Translations under genes and position numbers: made by a program | In this document: piece by piece, positions 18,008 through 27,941 of the stretch | Layout: each line of letters begins with the position of its first letter | How positions within the stretch are numbered: the first letter of the stretch is position 1 | NCBI GenBank assembly: GCA_038877255.1 | Contig: JAVYWZ010000006.1 | Location: forward strand, 1-43,425 | Direction: 5' to 3' | Origin: Candidatus Micrarchaeaceae archaeon | Lineage (GTDB): Archaea > Micrarchaeota > Micrarchaeia > Micrarchaeales > CABMGC01 | DNA length: 43,425 nucleotides | The notes under the pieces: generated by a model | What the model was told of the DNA's origin: nothing | Database searches by the model: none | Seen by the model: only the letters and a program-made list of their open reading frames with translations

Positions 18008-19435
18008 ATGAACATGATGAAGCTTGCATATGCAATAATAGGAATAATAATTTTAGTGCTGCTGGCCTACATGGCAATTTCATATACGAGGCCAAGCATA
18101 AGCAAGCCGCTGCCTGTATTAGCTAGTTATCCTGTTATGGCCCAGCTTACTGATCCGCCACAAGTTCCTAACGGTACGCAAAGCCTTAACATGAGCTATG
18201 CCAGTGTAAGATTCCACATTATAGGTTCAAATTTTTCTGAGTGGCTAAATGCGGGCACTTCTGGGAAAATAGACCTGCTAAGCCTTGTCAATATTAGCAA
18301 GACTCTTGGCTCTGTAACAGTTCCTGCGAACAGCGCAGTAGACGAGTTGGCGTTTAACATTACAGGTCTCACCATAGAAATAAACGGGACTACTTATCCT
18401 GTCGCTGTGCCTAACAGCACTATACTTGTGCATTTAACCACAAAGGTCAATACATCAAGCAGCATACTAGCTGATCTGTCTCCTACAATCATCACTATAA
18501 TAACAAACAGCTCTGTGCCTGTATTTGTCATGGTGCCTTCGGTAAGATCAATAATAGTTTCCGGAGTTAGTAGCAGTGCAAAAACAACAGGCTACGCCTA
18601 TGTAAATACTACGCTGCGCGAGCGGTTCGAGCGTGTTGTGCCAAACATTTCCATTACTGGAGCAAGTATTGGCAGCGCAGGCAACATAACCACTATTACA
18701 CTAAGTGTAAAGAACAACGCCAACACAAGTGCCACGTTAAGAAACGTGCTCATATTTGGAAATGAATCTATGCATATGTATTTCAACCTTAGCCGTGGCT
18801 TCCTGCCGGCGCAGATCAGGCAACCTACTTCGCTTTCAAACGCTCTGACATCAAACATAATACCAATCTTCGTTACAAACAGCAGCACATCTAATAATAA
18901 ATTTATTCTCAGATTCGGCAATGAAATTGAGTTTAATAAATCGACTGGTGAAATTAGGTTTAACGAATCTGGAATAAAAGATATGGCAGCAGGCATGTCT
19001 GCCATTATGGCCGTGCACCACGGTCAGCTGAATGCAACAGAAATTCAGGCGATGCTTAGAAATATTACTGGAAACAGCTCGTTCACAATACCTGGGCTTG
19101 CACAAATGAACGCAAGCGCCATAGGGAAATTTATAAACGGCACATTAATTAGCGATAGAATGGAATCAGAGCACATGCATTTCAGGGTGTTCAACTTCTT
19201 GATAGCAAGCAACGGTACGCTTGTTTTGCCGTTTGACGCAGCAAGTGCAATGAATGAATATTATCGTGGAGGCTACACAATAAGCCCTGGCAGCACAGCA
19301 ACCTTGACATTCAGTGGGAGAATGACTCTCGGCAACAGCGGCATAGTAATGGATTTTGAGCCTAGCAACGTATATAGAATAGTAATTACCGGAGAAGAAG
19401 GCCTTTATGCCTCTTCAAACGTTACTGCAAGCTAA
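18008..19435 (+). CDS. DUF4382-like membrane-anchored surface protein
   Basis: N-terminal TM anchor, QLTDPP motif, many N-x-S/T sequons and beta-rich sequence. Confidence 0.7.
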   Translation: MNMMKLAYAIIGIIILVLLAYMAISYTRPSISKPLPVLASYPVMAQLTDPPQVPNGTQSLNMSYASVRFHIIGSNFSEWLNAGTSGKIDLLSLVNISKTLGSVTVPANSAVDELAFNITGLTIEINGTTYPVAVPNSTILVHLTTKVNTSSSILADLSPTIITIITNSSVPVFVMVPSVRSIIVSGVSSSAKTTGYAYVNTTLRERFERVVPNISITGASIGSAGNITTITLSVKNNANTSATLRNVLIFGNESMHMYFNLSRGFLPAQIRQPTSLSNALTSNIIPIFVTNSSTSNNKFILRFGNEIEFNKSTGEIRFNESGIKDMAAGMSAIMAVHHGQLNATEIQAMLRNITGNSSFTIPGLAQMNASAIGKFINGTLISDRMESEHMHFRVFNFLIASNGTLVLPFDAASAMNEYYRGGYTISPGSTATLTFSGRMTLGNSGIVMDFEPSNVYRIVITGEEGLYASSNVTAS

Positions 19436-19555
19436 TTACGTAACGCGCCCGATAGGTTTGCCGAACGGCTTCCCTTATTTGTTTACGCAACTACACAACT
19501 ACGCAACTATACAAATATTTAAATATGCAGAAATGCATAATTAATTAAGGGGCTT

Positions 19556-20695
19556 ATGGAGGCGGGGGTGGGCATTTCAAATTGGGTTAGGGCTCAATCT
19601 TCAGTAGAGTATCTGCTTGTGTTTGCTGTTGCGCTGGTAATAATTACTATTTCGTCATATGTAGCGCTGAGCGTCGGATCCAGTGCCAATAAGCTGGTGC
19701 CGCAAAGCTGCAGCTTTAATCTTGGTATTTACTGCTCAGACATTGCCGTTGCGTCGAATTCGACAGCAACGATGTTTGCGCTTATAGGCCACAACGCGCA
19801 AGAATATTCTATATCGAACCTTTCGCTTAATGTAAGCATAGACAACAGCAAAACTACAATTAGTTGCACTCCACGCATAATACTTCCAGGCCAGCCTTTT
19901 GTATGTGTATCGCGCCTTAGCGCATATACTCCTTATGCGCACAGCGTAGACGGCAAAATTACCGCAAGCACTGAATATTGCGCACTTGACAACTGCGCCA
20001 ACGCTATTGGCGAATCTTATGTTGGCGCATATTCTACCGAGGTTTCAAAACTCACAGATTCAAGGTTCGGCATAATGCTGAGTTCCCCTATTTACGCAAA
20101 AAGCGGAGCAGATTATGTAAACGTAAATCTGAATGTATTTGGCAGTAACTTCACCCTAGAAAAGCTCGCGATAGGGCCTTACGAACAGGTGCTGCCAACC
20201 AATGCAAGCCCCTCTTCATATTTCGTAAATGTATCCGGAGTTTCACAAAACGGTGCCGCAGAACTGAACGTAAGCTACGCTGGGCTTAGCGCTAACGAAA
20301 CTGTTGTAATAAATACACAGCTGCTAAGGAACGCATACTGCCTTAACGAGTCGCAAATACTTTCGGAAATTCTGCAAACCGCTTTCCTCTCAAGCTATAT
20401 ACAATATCCTAACGGGGCTAGCGTATTTACCTGCCCAGTCTACAACAACACTGTTTACTGCGGTGAAAATACAACATCTTATTTTGCCTCGCTTAAAAAC
20501 GCGGAACTTGGAGATTGGAGCAAAGCAGCACCGTACCAGAACTCAAGTAGTGGAGCCTTCGCTTGCCTGGTGCTCGACAACACCGACATGTGCTGGTCTA
20601 AAAATTACGTTTATTATGCGCCAGTATATGGCAACGGGATAGGCGTGTGGGAGGCGCTGCCTTACCCTGTTATTTTCAATTACACTTTCTGCTGA
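19556..20695 (+). CDS. Class III signal peptide (pilin-like) surface protein
   Basis: RAQ/SSVEYLLVFAVALVII prepilin-type motif followed by a Cys-containing extracellular region. Confidence 0.75.
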   Translation: MEAGVGISNWVRAQSSVEYLLVFAVALVIITISSYVALSVGSSANKLVPQSCSFNLGIYCSDIAVASNSTATMFALIGHNAQEYSISNLSLNVSIDNSKTTISCTPRIILPGQPFVCVSRLSAYTPYAHSVDGKITASTEYCALDNCANAIGESYVGAYSTEVSKLTDSRFGIMLSSPIYAKSGADYVNVNLNVFGSNFTLEKLAIGPYEQVLPTNASPSSYFVNVSGVSQNGAAELNVSYAGLSANETVVINTQLLRNAYCLNESQILSEILQTAFLSSYIQYPNGASVFTCPVYNNTVYCGENTTSYFASLKNAELGDWSKAAPYQNSSSGAFACLVLDNTDMCWSKNYVYYAPVYGNGIGVWEALPYPVIFNYTFC

Positions 20696-20788
20696 TGAGG
20701 CTTCGGTGTTTCTGAAAGCACGGCACAGCCACTGTAATTACACCTGCACGGAAAGCGTTATTAAACATTGTTGAATAAAAAGTGTTAG

Positions 20789-20908
20789 GCCAGGGTGGCG
20801 GAACCTGGTAACGCGCTGGTCTTGAGCGCAGCTCAAGAGCTGATCTGTGATGCGAAAGAAAACCAGTGCCCCTCTGTGGGCTTTAGGGTTCAAATCCCTA
20901 CCCTGGCG
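20789..20908 (+). tRNA. tRNA-Ser(TGA) with a 34-nt intron at 37/38 (20827-20860)
   Basis: Acceptor GCCAGGG/CCCTGGC, CTGGT-CTTGAG[intron]A-ACCAG, long variable arm GCCC/GGGC and T-arm TAGGG/CCCTA. Confidence 0.9.
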
Positions 20909-22004
20909 TACTAAGTCTATATGTTTTGCCACGCCAAACTATCTCTTTCATTTTTGCTGCTTTTATAAGGTTGTATAGGTATATGCCTGGCATTGCTATT
21001 GTTATTGCTGCTGTAACAGCATACGTTTTCGGTGTGCGGGAAAAAGCACGGTACTCGCTTATTATGAGATGGCTTAGAAACACGACGAAGAGAGGATTAA
21101 CAGCGAGCGCTAGCAATATGCCAGATGCAGTGAGCAAAAGCTCCGCTGAGTAATATGCTAATCCAAACTGCAGGTTTCTACGGTAACCAAGCAGCGTCAA
21201 CGCAGTTTGCCTGTTTGCCCATTCAAAAAAGCTGCCTCTGCTCTCTTTTACCATTGTTTCCGGAGCTGCATTTTTCACGTACGCTATTCTCTTTTTGAGC
21301 TCCTTGGCGCGTTTGGTTATGCTTATGTCATCTGATATTCTATACTTAGAGCGCGTAAGAAGATAAAACAACCTCTCGTCAATGAGCTCGCGCTTAAATG
21401 CAAGCGAACCGCCCCAGGCAAACCTTGTCCTTTCGTTATTCAGCAGACTCTGGCCAACTAGCCCCCATTGCATTTTTACCTTTGACCATATGTCATTATT
21501 TGCCGGAATAATTATTGGGAAAGTAGTTGCTACGCCAATGCCGCTTTCACTCAATGGCGCTATTAGATTTTTGAGCCAATCTTTCTTTACTCTTATGTCC
21601 GAATCTGCTATCACATAAACCTTGTATTGAGGCCTCGCAATCAAGGCGCTAACGATCGCTCTGTTTTTGCCACTGCAGTTTTTGGGCCATTTCCTGTTTG
21701 CAGTAGCAATTGCCTTTATTTTCGCACGCTTGGAAAAAGCAACTGCAGGGTCTTTTAAAGTGTCTGCCACTGCAATAACATCATATTTTGGGTAATTTTG
21801 CGACGCTATGCTTTTAAGGTTTTGTTCCAAGCCAAAGTCTATATTCTTTATCGGAATTATTACAAGCGCTTTGGGAGCAAAATCTTTGTCTGTTTCAACA
21901 TATTTGTCTTTTTTGATGTTTTTTGTTAAGTTGAAAATATCTATGCAAATTACTATTGCGAAAACGAAAGACACGAACACAATGTAAATGTAAATTATTT
22001 CCAT
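20898..22004 (-). CDS. Glycosyltransferase family 2/21 membrane protein
   Basis: N-terminal TM, GKNRA, IADSD (DxD), WGGSLA, SDD and WANRQ motifs, and C-terminal IVWRG. Confidence 0.85.
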   Translation of the reverse strand: MEIIYIYIVFVSFVFAIVICIDIFNLTKNIKKDKYVETDKDFAPKALVIIPIKNIDFGLEQNLKSIASQNYPKYDVIAVADTLKDPAVAFSKRAKIKAIATANRKWPKNCSGKNRAIVSALIARPQYKVYVIADSDIRVKKDWLKNLIAPLSESGIGVATTFPIIIPANNDIWSKVKMQWGLVGQSLLNNERTRFAWGGSLAFKRELIDERLFYLLTRSKYRISDDISITKRAKELKKRIAYVKNAAPETMVKESRGSFFEWANRQTALTLLGYRRNLQFGLAYYSAELLLTASGILLALAVNPLFVVFLSHLIISEYRAFSRTPKTYAVTAAITIAMPGIYLYNLIKAAKMKEIVWRGKTYRLSTPG

Positions 22005-22096
22005 AGCAGGTCTCAAAATTTATACGCATTTCAAGTTTTGCTCTAATATGCTATCTGAATGATATGGTTTCCCGCTCACTTTTATAAATAGGTTGG

Positions 22097-22203
22097 GCTA
22101 CGTGCTCATTGATGAGGTTATTTGATGCCGATTAGAGGCGCATAACAGTGAACCAATTGTGATTTATGTGACTAAAGCCCTTCCGTCAGGTTTGGTAGTG
22201 CAC
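22097..22203 (+). ncRNA. Degenerate orphan omega-RNA-like / IS200/IS605 right-end element (element 4)
   Basis: GCTAC..CTCAT/ATGAG hairpin..ATGCCGATTAGAG, long stem (TTAG/CTAA, CGCATAA/TTATGTG), then AAGCCCTTCCGTCAGGTTTGGTAGTGCAC. Confidence 0.4.
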
Positions 22204-22369
22204 TGCATTATAAGCAAACTGTTACCGTGCTTTAAAACACATTGTTCTTTTCTATGTATTGTATTAGCATTGTGCATAAACGTCAAAAACAAAACAAACA
22301 AGCAAACAAAATTCATAACGCTTAAATATTTTGGCATTGCTGTATAAAGCGTGGGTAAAACGTGAGTAT

Positions 22370-22933
22370 ATGTTTGTAGATCCTCTCGCTGTTATGCTGC
22401 TCGGTGTTTCAGCAAGCGCAGTCTTTATTGCATATTACCTAATTGCTGCCGCGAAAGGCAGGCGCGCATTTTCTGATATTGCGTTGCCTATGTTCTTGCT
22501 TGGTGCATTTGACTTCCTTAGCGGATTTTACATGAGCTTCTTCTGGCCTCTGCCTGGTGCATATAACATGCTTTTCGGAGATCCGATGCTAATGTTGGGT
22601 GTGATAATGCTTGCAGGAGGCTATGCGCTTTATAAAGGCATAAGTCCAAAGCCCATCTCGCTGCTGGGCTTCTTGCTTGGCATATACCTGTTTGCAGAGA
22701 GCTATGGCATGTATGCATTTTCAATGGAGCCCTTGCAAGACATGGCAGTTGCGCTTAGCTTCTATCTCGTTTCGGCTGTAGCGGCATTGCTTTCTCCGCT
22801 TGTTTACATAACTCCTAAGAAGAGCGGCAAAGCTGCGTATTACTTCCTTGCTGCAGTTTTAATAATCGTAGTAATTCTAGCAATGCTGATAGGCGTAACA
22901 TCTATAATAGGTCATTTGCAAGCTCCACCTTAA
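22370..22933 (+). CDS. DUF981 family membrane protein
   Basis: MFVDPL start, WPLPGAYNMLFGDP motif and about 5 TM helices. Confidence 0.8.
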   Translation: MFVDPLAVMLLGVSASAVFIAYYLIAAAKGRRAFSDIALPMFLLGAFDFLSGFYMSFFWPLPGAYNMLFGDPMLMLGVIMLAGGYALYKGISPKPISLLGFLLGIYLFAESYGMYAFSMEPLQDMAVALSFYLVSAVAALLSPLVYITPKKSGKAAYYFLAAVLIIVVILAMLIGVTSIIGHLQAPP

Positions 22934-22986
22934 CTTATGCCACTTTGGTTTTAGTGTTTTGTCCTTTAAAATGCGATTGAGTAGCG

Positions 22987-24228
22987 CTATTTTTTCAGTG
23001 CGGCGTGCGCAGAAGCCAGTTCTTGTCCTGCTTCTGCGGCAAGCAGGTTCAATTCTCCAGCAAGCACTGTGCTTGCGATCAATTCGGCAAAGCCGTATTT
23101 TGTTACGCCTTTATCATCGCCTTCGCCGTATACGCCGCTGGCCTTTAGAAGTTCTTGCGCTGTTTCCCTATGCGTGCCCCCGCCATAAGTGCCCAGCTCT
23201 AGGGCAGGCAGGTATACTGATAAGTACAGATCACCATTCGTAAGAGCTTTTGCATCATCAAATGCGTTCACTCCGTCAACAATTTGAGCAACATCTTGAC
23301 CATATGCGATGAATGTTGCGGCAAGCACATTGGCTACATGTGCATTGTGGGCAAGAGAGCCTGCAAGGCTAGAACCAACATAATTTTTTTCATAATTGAG
23401 CTCCTCTATTCCCTTTGCATCTGTTTTGAAGTACTTATGTAAAAGTTCTTTTTTGATTACTGCTTCAGCTATTACTGAGATGCCTCTGCCTTTTATGATG
23501 TTTATTGCAGAAGGCTTCTTGTCTGCGCACATATTCCCGCTTTCGCTTACAAACTTGGCATTTATGCCGCTGCGCTTCAGCGCGCTTATCAGTGCTCTTG
23601 TGGCGCTTGTGGATGCTATGGTGAGCATGTTCATGCCCATAGCGGCATTTGTTTCAGCAGTATATCTTATGTAAAGAAGCCTGCCAGTGCTATAAGTATC
23701 TATATTCAGTAGTTTTAGTCTTTTGTTGCTTCGTTCAAAAATATTTTTGATAAGAACGCGTCCTGCGCGCTTCAGATACGCCATTGCTTTAGCAGAAGCA
23801 ATTGCAGATGAAGTATCAAGCAGAACGCTTCTTGTCATACCACTATAAAGCACTTTTGTTGTAGCCCCGCCGCTCTTATTAATTACTGTGGCACCGCGGT
23901 TTACCCCTGCAACCAGCTTGCCTTCTGTTGTAGCAAGAAACACAGGCACTGTGCCTTTCAGGTATTCACCTTTAACATGTATTTCTGCAAAACCCACAGG
24001 AATCTGTACTGCGCCTATTGCATTTTCTATGTTCCTGCTGCTCGCATCTGAAAAATCTATGCTTGTGTTTGCTATGTTCTCAAGTCTGATGCCCGTTACC
24101 TTTTCTATATATCCTCTTCTTATCCTGCTAGCTTCGTTCTCATCGCTTGTTACTTCTGCAAGCGCATAAGGCTTAAGCCTGCCGCGCACTAGCATGCCAA
24201 TTGCTCTTTCAAGCTTTTCATCTCTCAT
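22987..24228 (-). CDS. hmgA: Hydroxymethylglutaryl-CoA reductase (class I, NADPH)
   Basis: Motifs ENAIG, LATTEGKLVA, AMGMNM, GNMCADKK, GQDVAQ and GTYGGGT, plus the C-terminal His. Confidence 0.95.
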   Translation of the reverse strand: MRDEKLERAIGMLVRGRLKPYALAEVTSDENEASRIRRGYIEKVTGIRLENIANTSIDFSDASSRNIENAIGAVQIPVGFAEIHVKGEYLKGTVPVFLATTEGKLVAGVNRGATVINKSGGATTKVLYSGMTRSVLLDTSSAIASAKAMAYLKRAGRVLIKNIFERSNKRLKLLNIDTYSTGRLLYIRYTAETNAAMGMNMLTIASTSATRALISALKRSGINAKFVSESGNMCADKKPSAINIIKGRGISVIAEAVIKKELLHKYFKTDAKGIEELNYEKNYVGSSLAGSLAHNAHVANVLAATFIAYGQDVAQIVDGVNAFDDAKALTNGDLYLSVYLPALELGTYGGGTHRETAQELLKASGVYGEGDDKGVTKYGFAELIASTVLAGELNLLAAEAGQELASAHAALKK

Positions 24229-24310
24229 GGAACGACCAAAACTATGGCTTATCTGCCTTTAAAATATCCTTCTCCAAGCAAAGCCAATAGACGAAGGTGC
24301 GTTCTTGCTT

Positions 24311-24420
24311 GTGAACTACCAAGCAATTGCGGGCTGGGCTTCTCGGGGCTTGCCGCTCTCTGAGTTAAATAACACATACATGCAAACGCATTTATTTTGG
24401 TTTACAAAAATTCGGCAGTT
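24311..24420 (-). ncRNA. Orphan omega-RNA-like / IS200/IS605 right-end element (element 3)
   Basis: The minus strand ends …GGCAAGCCCCGAGAAGCCCAGCCCGCAATTGCTTGGTAGTTCAC. The 5' AACTGCC (24420-24414) is complementary to the 3' GGTAGTT. Confidence 0.5.
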
Positions 24421-24467
24421 GCTAAATCGATAAAAAACTATTAATATACTTGCTATATTAACTATGC

Positions 24468-25289
24468 TTGGGTTTTAATACGGCTATTTATTTTCTTAAG
24501 CTTGGGGGCAGTGTGATAACCGACAAGAGCAAGCCTTATACTGAAAGAGTAAATACTATAAGGCGCATTTTTAAAGAAATAAAGCAGGCGCGCTCAGAGA
24601 GCTCTTTCGACCTGCTGATAGGTCATGGTGGAGGTTCCTATCCGCATACGCCTGCACATAAATACAAGGTGAACGAAGGGCTTATTTACAAATTCAGCAG
24701 AAAAGGCGCTTCAATAACGCACTTGGCGGCGCAGGACCTGAATAGAATAGTAGTAAGCGAAGGCATAAAGTTAGGCATAGACGCTTTTTCTTTTGTGCCT
24801 TCAAGCTTTGCTCTTTGGCATAACGGTGCAGCTAAGAGCGGTTATGTTGCGCACATAAAAGAGGCAATGTCGCGCGGGTTTGTGCCTATTGTTTATGGTG
24901 ACGCTGTAATTGATGAGTATAAAGGGGTAACAATCGCTTCTACCGAAAGCGTCTTTGAATTTCTTGCAAAAGAGCTCAATCCTGCACGTATAATACTTGC
25001 AACAGACGTAGATGGAGTTTTAGACAAGGACCCTATCGCAAACAAAGATGCACAACTTATCCACGAGATAAATTCCAGAAACATCAATAGCGTGCTTCGC
25101 AGTGCAGGCGCGTCACACACGGTAGATGTTACTGGCGGCATGTTCTCAAAACTTAAAATACTTTATGGCATTGTCAGAAGAACCGGTACTATTGGAATAA
25201 TAGCAAATGGCAATAGGCCCGGTATGATTAAAAAAATGTTGGCAATGCGTACTGTAAAACAAGGTAATTACACGATAGTAAGGGGCTGA
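24468..25289 (+). CDS. ipk: Isopentenyl phosphate kinase
   Basis: Motifs KLGGSVITDK, HGGGSYPH, YGD, TDVDGV and DVTGGM; mevalonate-pathway context. Confidence 0.92.
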   Translation: MGFNTAIYFLKLGGSVITDKSKPYTERVNTIRRIFKEIKQARSESSFDLLIGHGGGSYPHTPAHKYKVNEGLIYKFSRKGASITHLAAQDLNRIVVSEGIKLGIDAFSFVPSSFALWHNGAAKSGYVAHIKEAMSRGFVPIVYGDAVIDEYKGVTIASTESVFEFLAKELNPARIILATDVDGVLDKDPIANKDAQLIHEINSRNINSVLRSAGASHTVDVTGGMFSKLKILYGIVRRTGTIGIIANGNRPGMIKKMLAMRTVKQGNYTIVRG

Positions 25290-25315
25290 CTGTTTATGCT
25301 TGAATCGGTGAATCT

Positions 25316-26743
25316 ATGCCAGATTTCTCTTTAAGCGGGTATGTGCGTTCTTTAAAGGAGAGCCCGCTGAATGCAGGTACTATAGAAAGGGCATATGCCC
25401 CTGCAAAGATTCTCGCTGAAAACGAGACTAAAAGAATGGTAAAATTCAGGTTCAGGGATTCAAAGTACGAAATCGTAGGAAATTTGCTGCGAAGCAGGGA
25501 TCAAATCTGGCATGCACTTGGTGCAGGCAGCGATGAAGAGGCTTATAGCAAAATACTCGATGCAATAGAAAAGCCCGGAAAAGCAGTTGAAAGAAAGTTT
25601 TCGCTCAAAAAGGCAAATGCAACGCTGCATGACCTACCTTTCATACTGTATTTTCCTGGAGACGGCGGCATGTACCTGACATCTGGCGTTGTTTTTGCTA
25701 AAAACAACAGCATAGCTAATGCCTCATTTCATAGAATGCTCCTTCTAAGCGACCACCGTGCTGTGTTGCGCATAGTCCCAAGGCATCTATATACGATGCT
25801 TAAGGAAAAGAACAAGACAGGAGAAGACTTGCCTGTGGCGCTTATAGTAGGCATGCATCCTATCGCACAACTCGCTGCGGCAATGAGCCCTAGGTATGGA
25901 ATTTTTGAGATGGATGTTGCTGCCAAGCTGCTGCCAGGATTTGAAATTGCTTATACGCCTAAGTATAACATACCCGTGCCTGCCAGCGCATCGGTAGTTG
26001 TAGAAGGTAAAATACTCAGGGAAAAAGCAAGCGAAGGTCCGTTTGTTGACCTTACTAGCACTTATGATATGACAAGGGAAGAGCCTATATTTGAGGCAGA
26101 AACGTTCTATGAAAGCGAAGAGCCACTGCTAAACACGATACTTTCCGGAGGCATTGAGCACAAATTGCTGATGGGCTATCCGCGGGAAGCTGCGATATAT
26201 GAAACGGTTTCAAGAGCAGTGCCTAAAGTAAAGAAAGTGAGGCTGACCAGCGGCGGCGGCATGTGGCTGCACTGCGCCTTATCGATAGAAAAGAATACCG
26301 ATGGCGATCCAAAAACAGCAATGCTTGCAGCATTCACCGGACACACGAGCCTGAAGAGCGTGGTTGTCGTTGATCCGGATGTAGACATAGATAATTTAGA
26401 AGATTTGGAATGGGCAATATCTACAAGGTTCCAGCCAAACAAGCTTTTGATTATAAACGAGGCGCGCGGATCAAGCCTGGATCCAAGCGCAAAAGACGGC
26501 ATGACATCAAAGATGGGCATAGATGCCACTGCTCCGATTTCTGATTCAGGTAGGTATGCCAAAAGCAGGCTGCCAGAGCTTAAGCCACTGCCTGCCGATG
26601 TCAAAGCTGATTTGGAGAAGCTACTTGGGGAGAAAAGGTTAAAGGGGTATTCAAAATACATCGCTGATGGCATAGTGACTGTTTTCGGGGATACAACGCT
26701 CAGCGAGTTGCGCGGTTACAAGGTTAAGGTTGTAAGGGTTTGA
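25316..26743 (+). CDS. UbiD-family decarboxylase, probable trans-anhydromevalonate 5-phosphate decarboxylase
   Basis: Motifs DGGMYLT, ASFHRM, EGPFVD, EWAISTR, GSSLDPS and KMGIDAT; adjacent to the PMDh subunits. Confidence 0.88.
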   Translation: MPDFSLSGYVRSLKESPLNAGTIERAYAPAKILAENETKRMVKFRFRDSKYEIVGNLLRSRDQIWHALGAGSDEEAYSKILDAIEKPGKAVERKFSLKKANATLHDLPFILYFPGDGGMYLTSGVVFAKNNSIANASFHRMLLLSDHRAVLRIVPRHLYTMLKEKNKTGEDLPVALIVGMHPIAQLAAAMSPRYGIFEMDVAAKLLPGFEIAYTPKYNIPVPASASVVVEGKILREKASEGPFVDLTSTYDMTREEPIFEAETFYESEEPLLNTILSGGIEHKLLMGYPREAAIYETVSRAVPKVKKVRLTSGGGMWLHCALSIEKNTDGDPKTAMLAAFTGHTSLKSVVVVDPDVDIDNLEDLEWAISTRFQPNKLLIINEARGSSLDPSAKDGMTSKMGIDATAPISDSGRYAKSRLPELKPLPADVKADLEKLLGEKRLKGYSKYIADGIVTVFGDTTLSELRGYKVKVVRV

Positions 26744-26753
26744 GTGTGTTTTT

Positions 26754-27941
26754 ATGTATCTGACAAAAGACGAAGAAAAAATATTCAACGGCGAAAGAGG
26801 TGAGGTTTACCAAAAGGCGATTAAGGTAATAGTAAAAGTAGGCGAGGCTCTTGGTGCTGAAAGGCTTATCGACATTTCAAGCGCTCATGCGTCTGGTCTT
26901 TCATACAACAACATTGGCGATCCTGGGTTGGAGTTTCTCGAGGATCTAGCGCGTAAAGGCGCCAAGGCAGCTGTGCAAGCAACGCTAAACCCGATAGGCT
27001 ACGATACTACAAAACAGGTAATTCCACTGCCCCAGGGCTTTGCCGAGAAACAACTCCGAATAATAAATGCATTCAGGAGCATGGGATTCAACATAACCCT
27101 TTCATGCACGCCATACTATTTTAAGATGCCGAATTTCGGCGAGCATCTTGCATGGGGCGAATCGAGCGCAGTAATATACGCAAATACTGCAATAGGAGCC
27201 AGGACCAACAGGGAAGGAGGCCCGCTTTCGGTGCTTGCCGCGCTTATAGGCAAGACATACTATGCTGGTCTTCATGTTGACGAGCAGAGAAAACCTAGCA
27301 TAGTTGTTGACGTAAAGCTCGATGGCGTTACCGATTCAACAGCTGGGTGGCTCGGTCTGAAGATAGGAGAGACAGTAAAAGAAGGCATTCCATATATACG
27401 CGTGAAAAATTTGAGCGATTCAGCACTTCGTATAATGCTTGCGGCGATGGCTGCGAGTGGTAGCATAGGTATGGCGTTTGTTGAAGGCATTACGAAGGAG
27501 CATGCGGACATTTCAGGTCTAGAAAGAATAGAAATAAATGCTGATGACTTTCCTGGCGCGTTAAGCGCTGCAACAGGTGAAGGAAGTGACCTCTACTTTA
27601 TTGGTTGCCCTCACGCCAGCATAGAAGATATGCGTGACCTGCTATCGTATTTTGACAAATATGGGCATGTAGCGCGCGGGAAAAGGTTTTGGATAACTAC
27701 TGGCAGCAACGTGTATAAAGAGGCCGCAGAAAAAGGCATTGCAGACCAGTTACTTGGGCATGGCGCAGAAATAATAGTTGATACCTGCCCTGTTGTCGCT
27801 CCGCTTGGCGGCATGTTCAAGAGAATCGCAACTAATTCTGGCAAGTCGTTTTTCTACTTGTCAAAGGTACACGGTTCAACAGTGAGAATAATGAGCAGCG
27901 AGATGCTTGTTAAAGAAGCATCAGAAGAGGTGGTAACATGA
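26754..27941 (+). CDS. Phosphomevalonate dehydratase large subunit (aconitase X, DUF521)
   Basis: MYLTKDEE start; Fe-S ligand motifs SCTPY, GCPH and DTCPVVAP; WGESSA; GARTNREG. Confidence 0.9.
   Translation: MYLTKDEEKIFNGERGEVYQKAIKVIVKVGEALGAERLIDISSAHASGLSYNNIGDPGLEFLEDLARKGAKAAVQATLNPIGYDTTKQVIPLPQGFAEKQLRIINAFRSMGFNITLSCTPYYFKMPNFGEHLAWGESSAVIYANTAIGARTNREGGPLSVLAALIGKTYYAGLHVDEQRKPSIVVDVKLDGVTDSTAGWLGLKIGETVKEGIPYIRVKNLSDSALRIMLAAMAASGSIGMAFVEGITKEHADISGLERIEINADDFPGALSAATGEGSDLYFIGCPHASIEDMRDLLSYFDKYGHVARGKRFWITTGSNVYKEAAEKGIADQLLGHGAEIIVDTCPVVAPLGGMFKRIATNSGKSFFYLSKVHGSTVRIMSSEMLVKEASEEVVT

Noticed and set aside
19436..19515. Possible fifth IS right end (minus-strand GAAGCC..GTTAC) and an 8-bp ACGCAACT tandem repeat
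   Set aside because: The pairing is weak and there are no upstream scaffold motifs. The repeat is short and has no spacers, so it is not CRISPR.
20690..20745. CTGATGA…GAAA hammerhead-like core, or C/D box (TGATGA..CTGA), after the pilin-like gene
   Set aside because: Stem II does not pair properly, there are no convincing C'/D boxes, and TGATGA is explained by a double stop codon.
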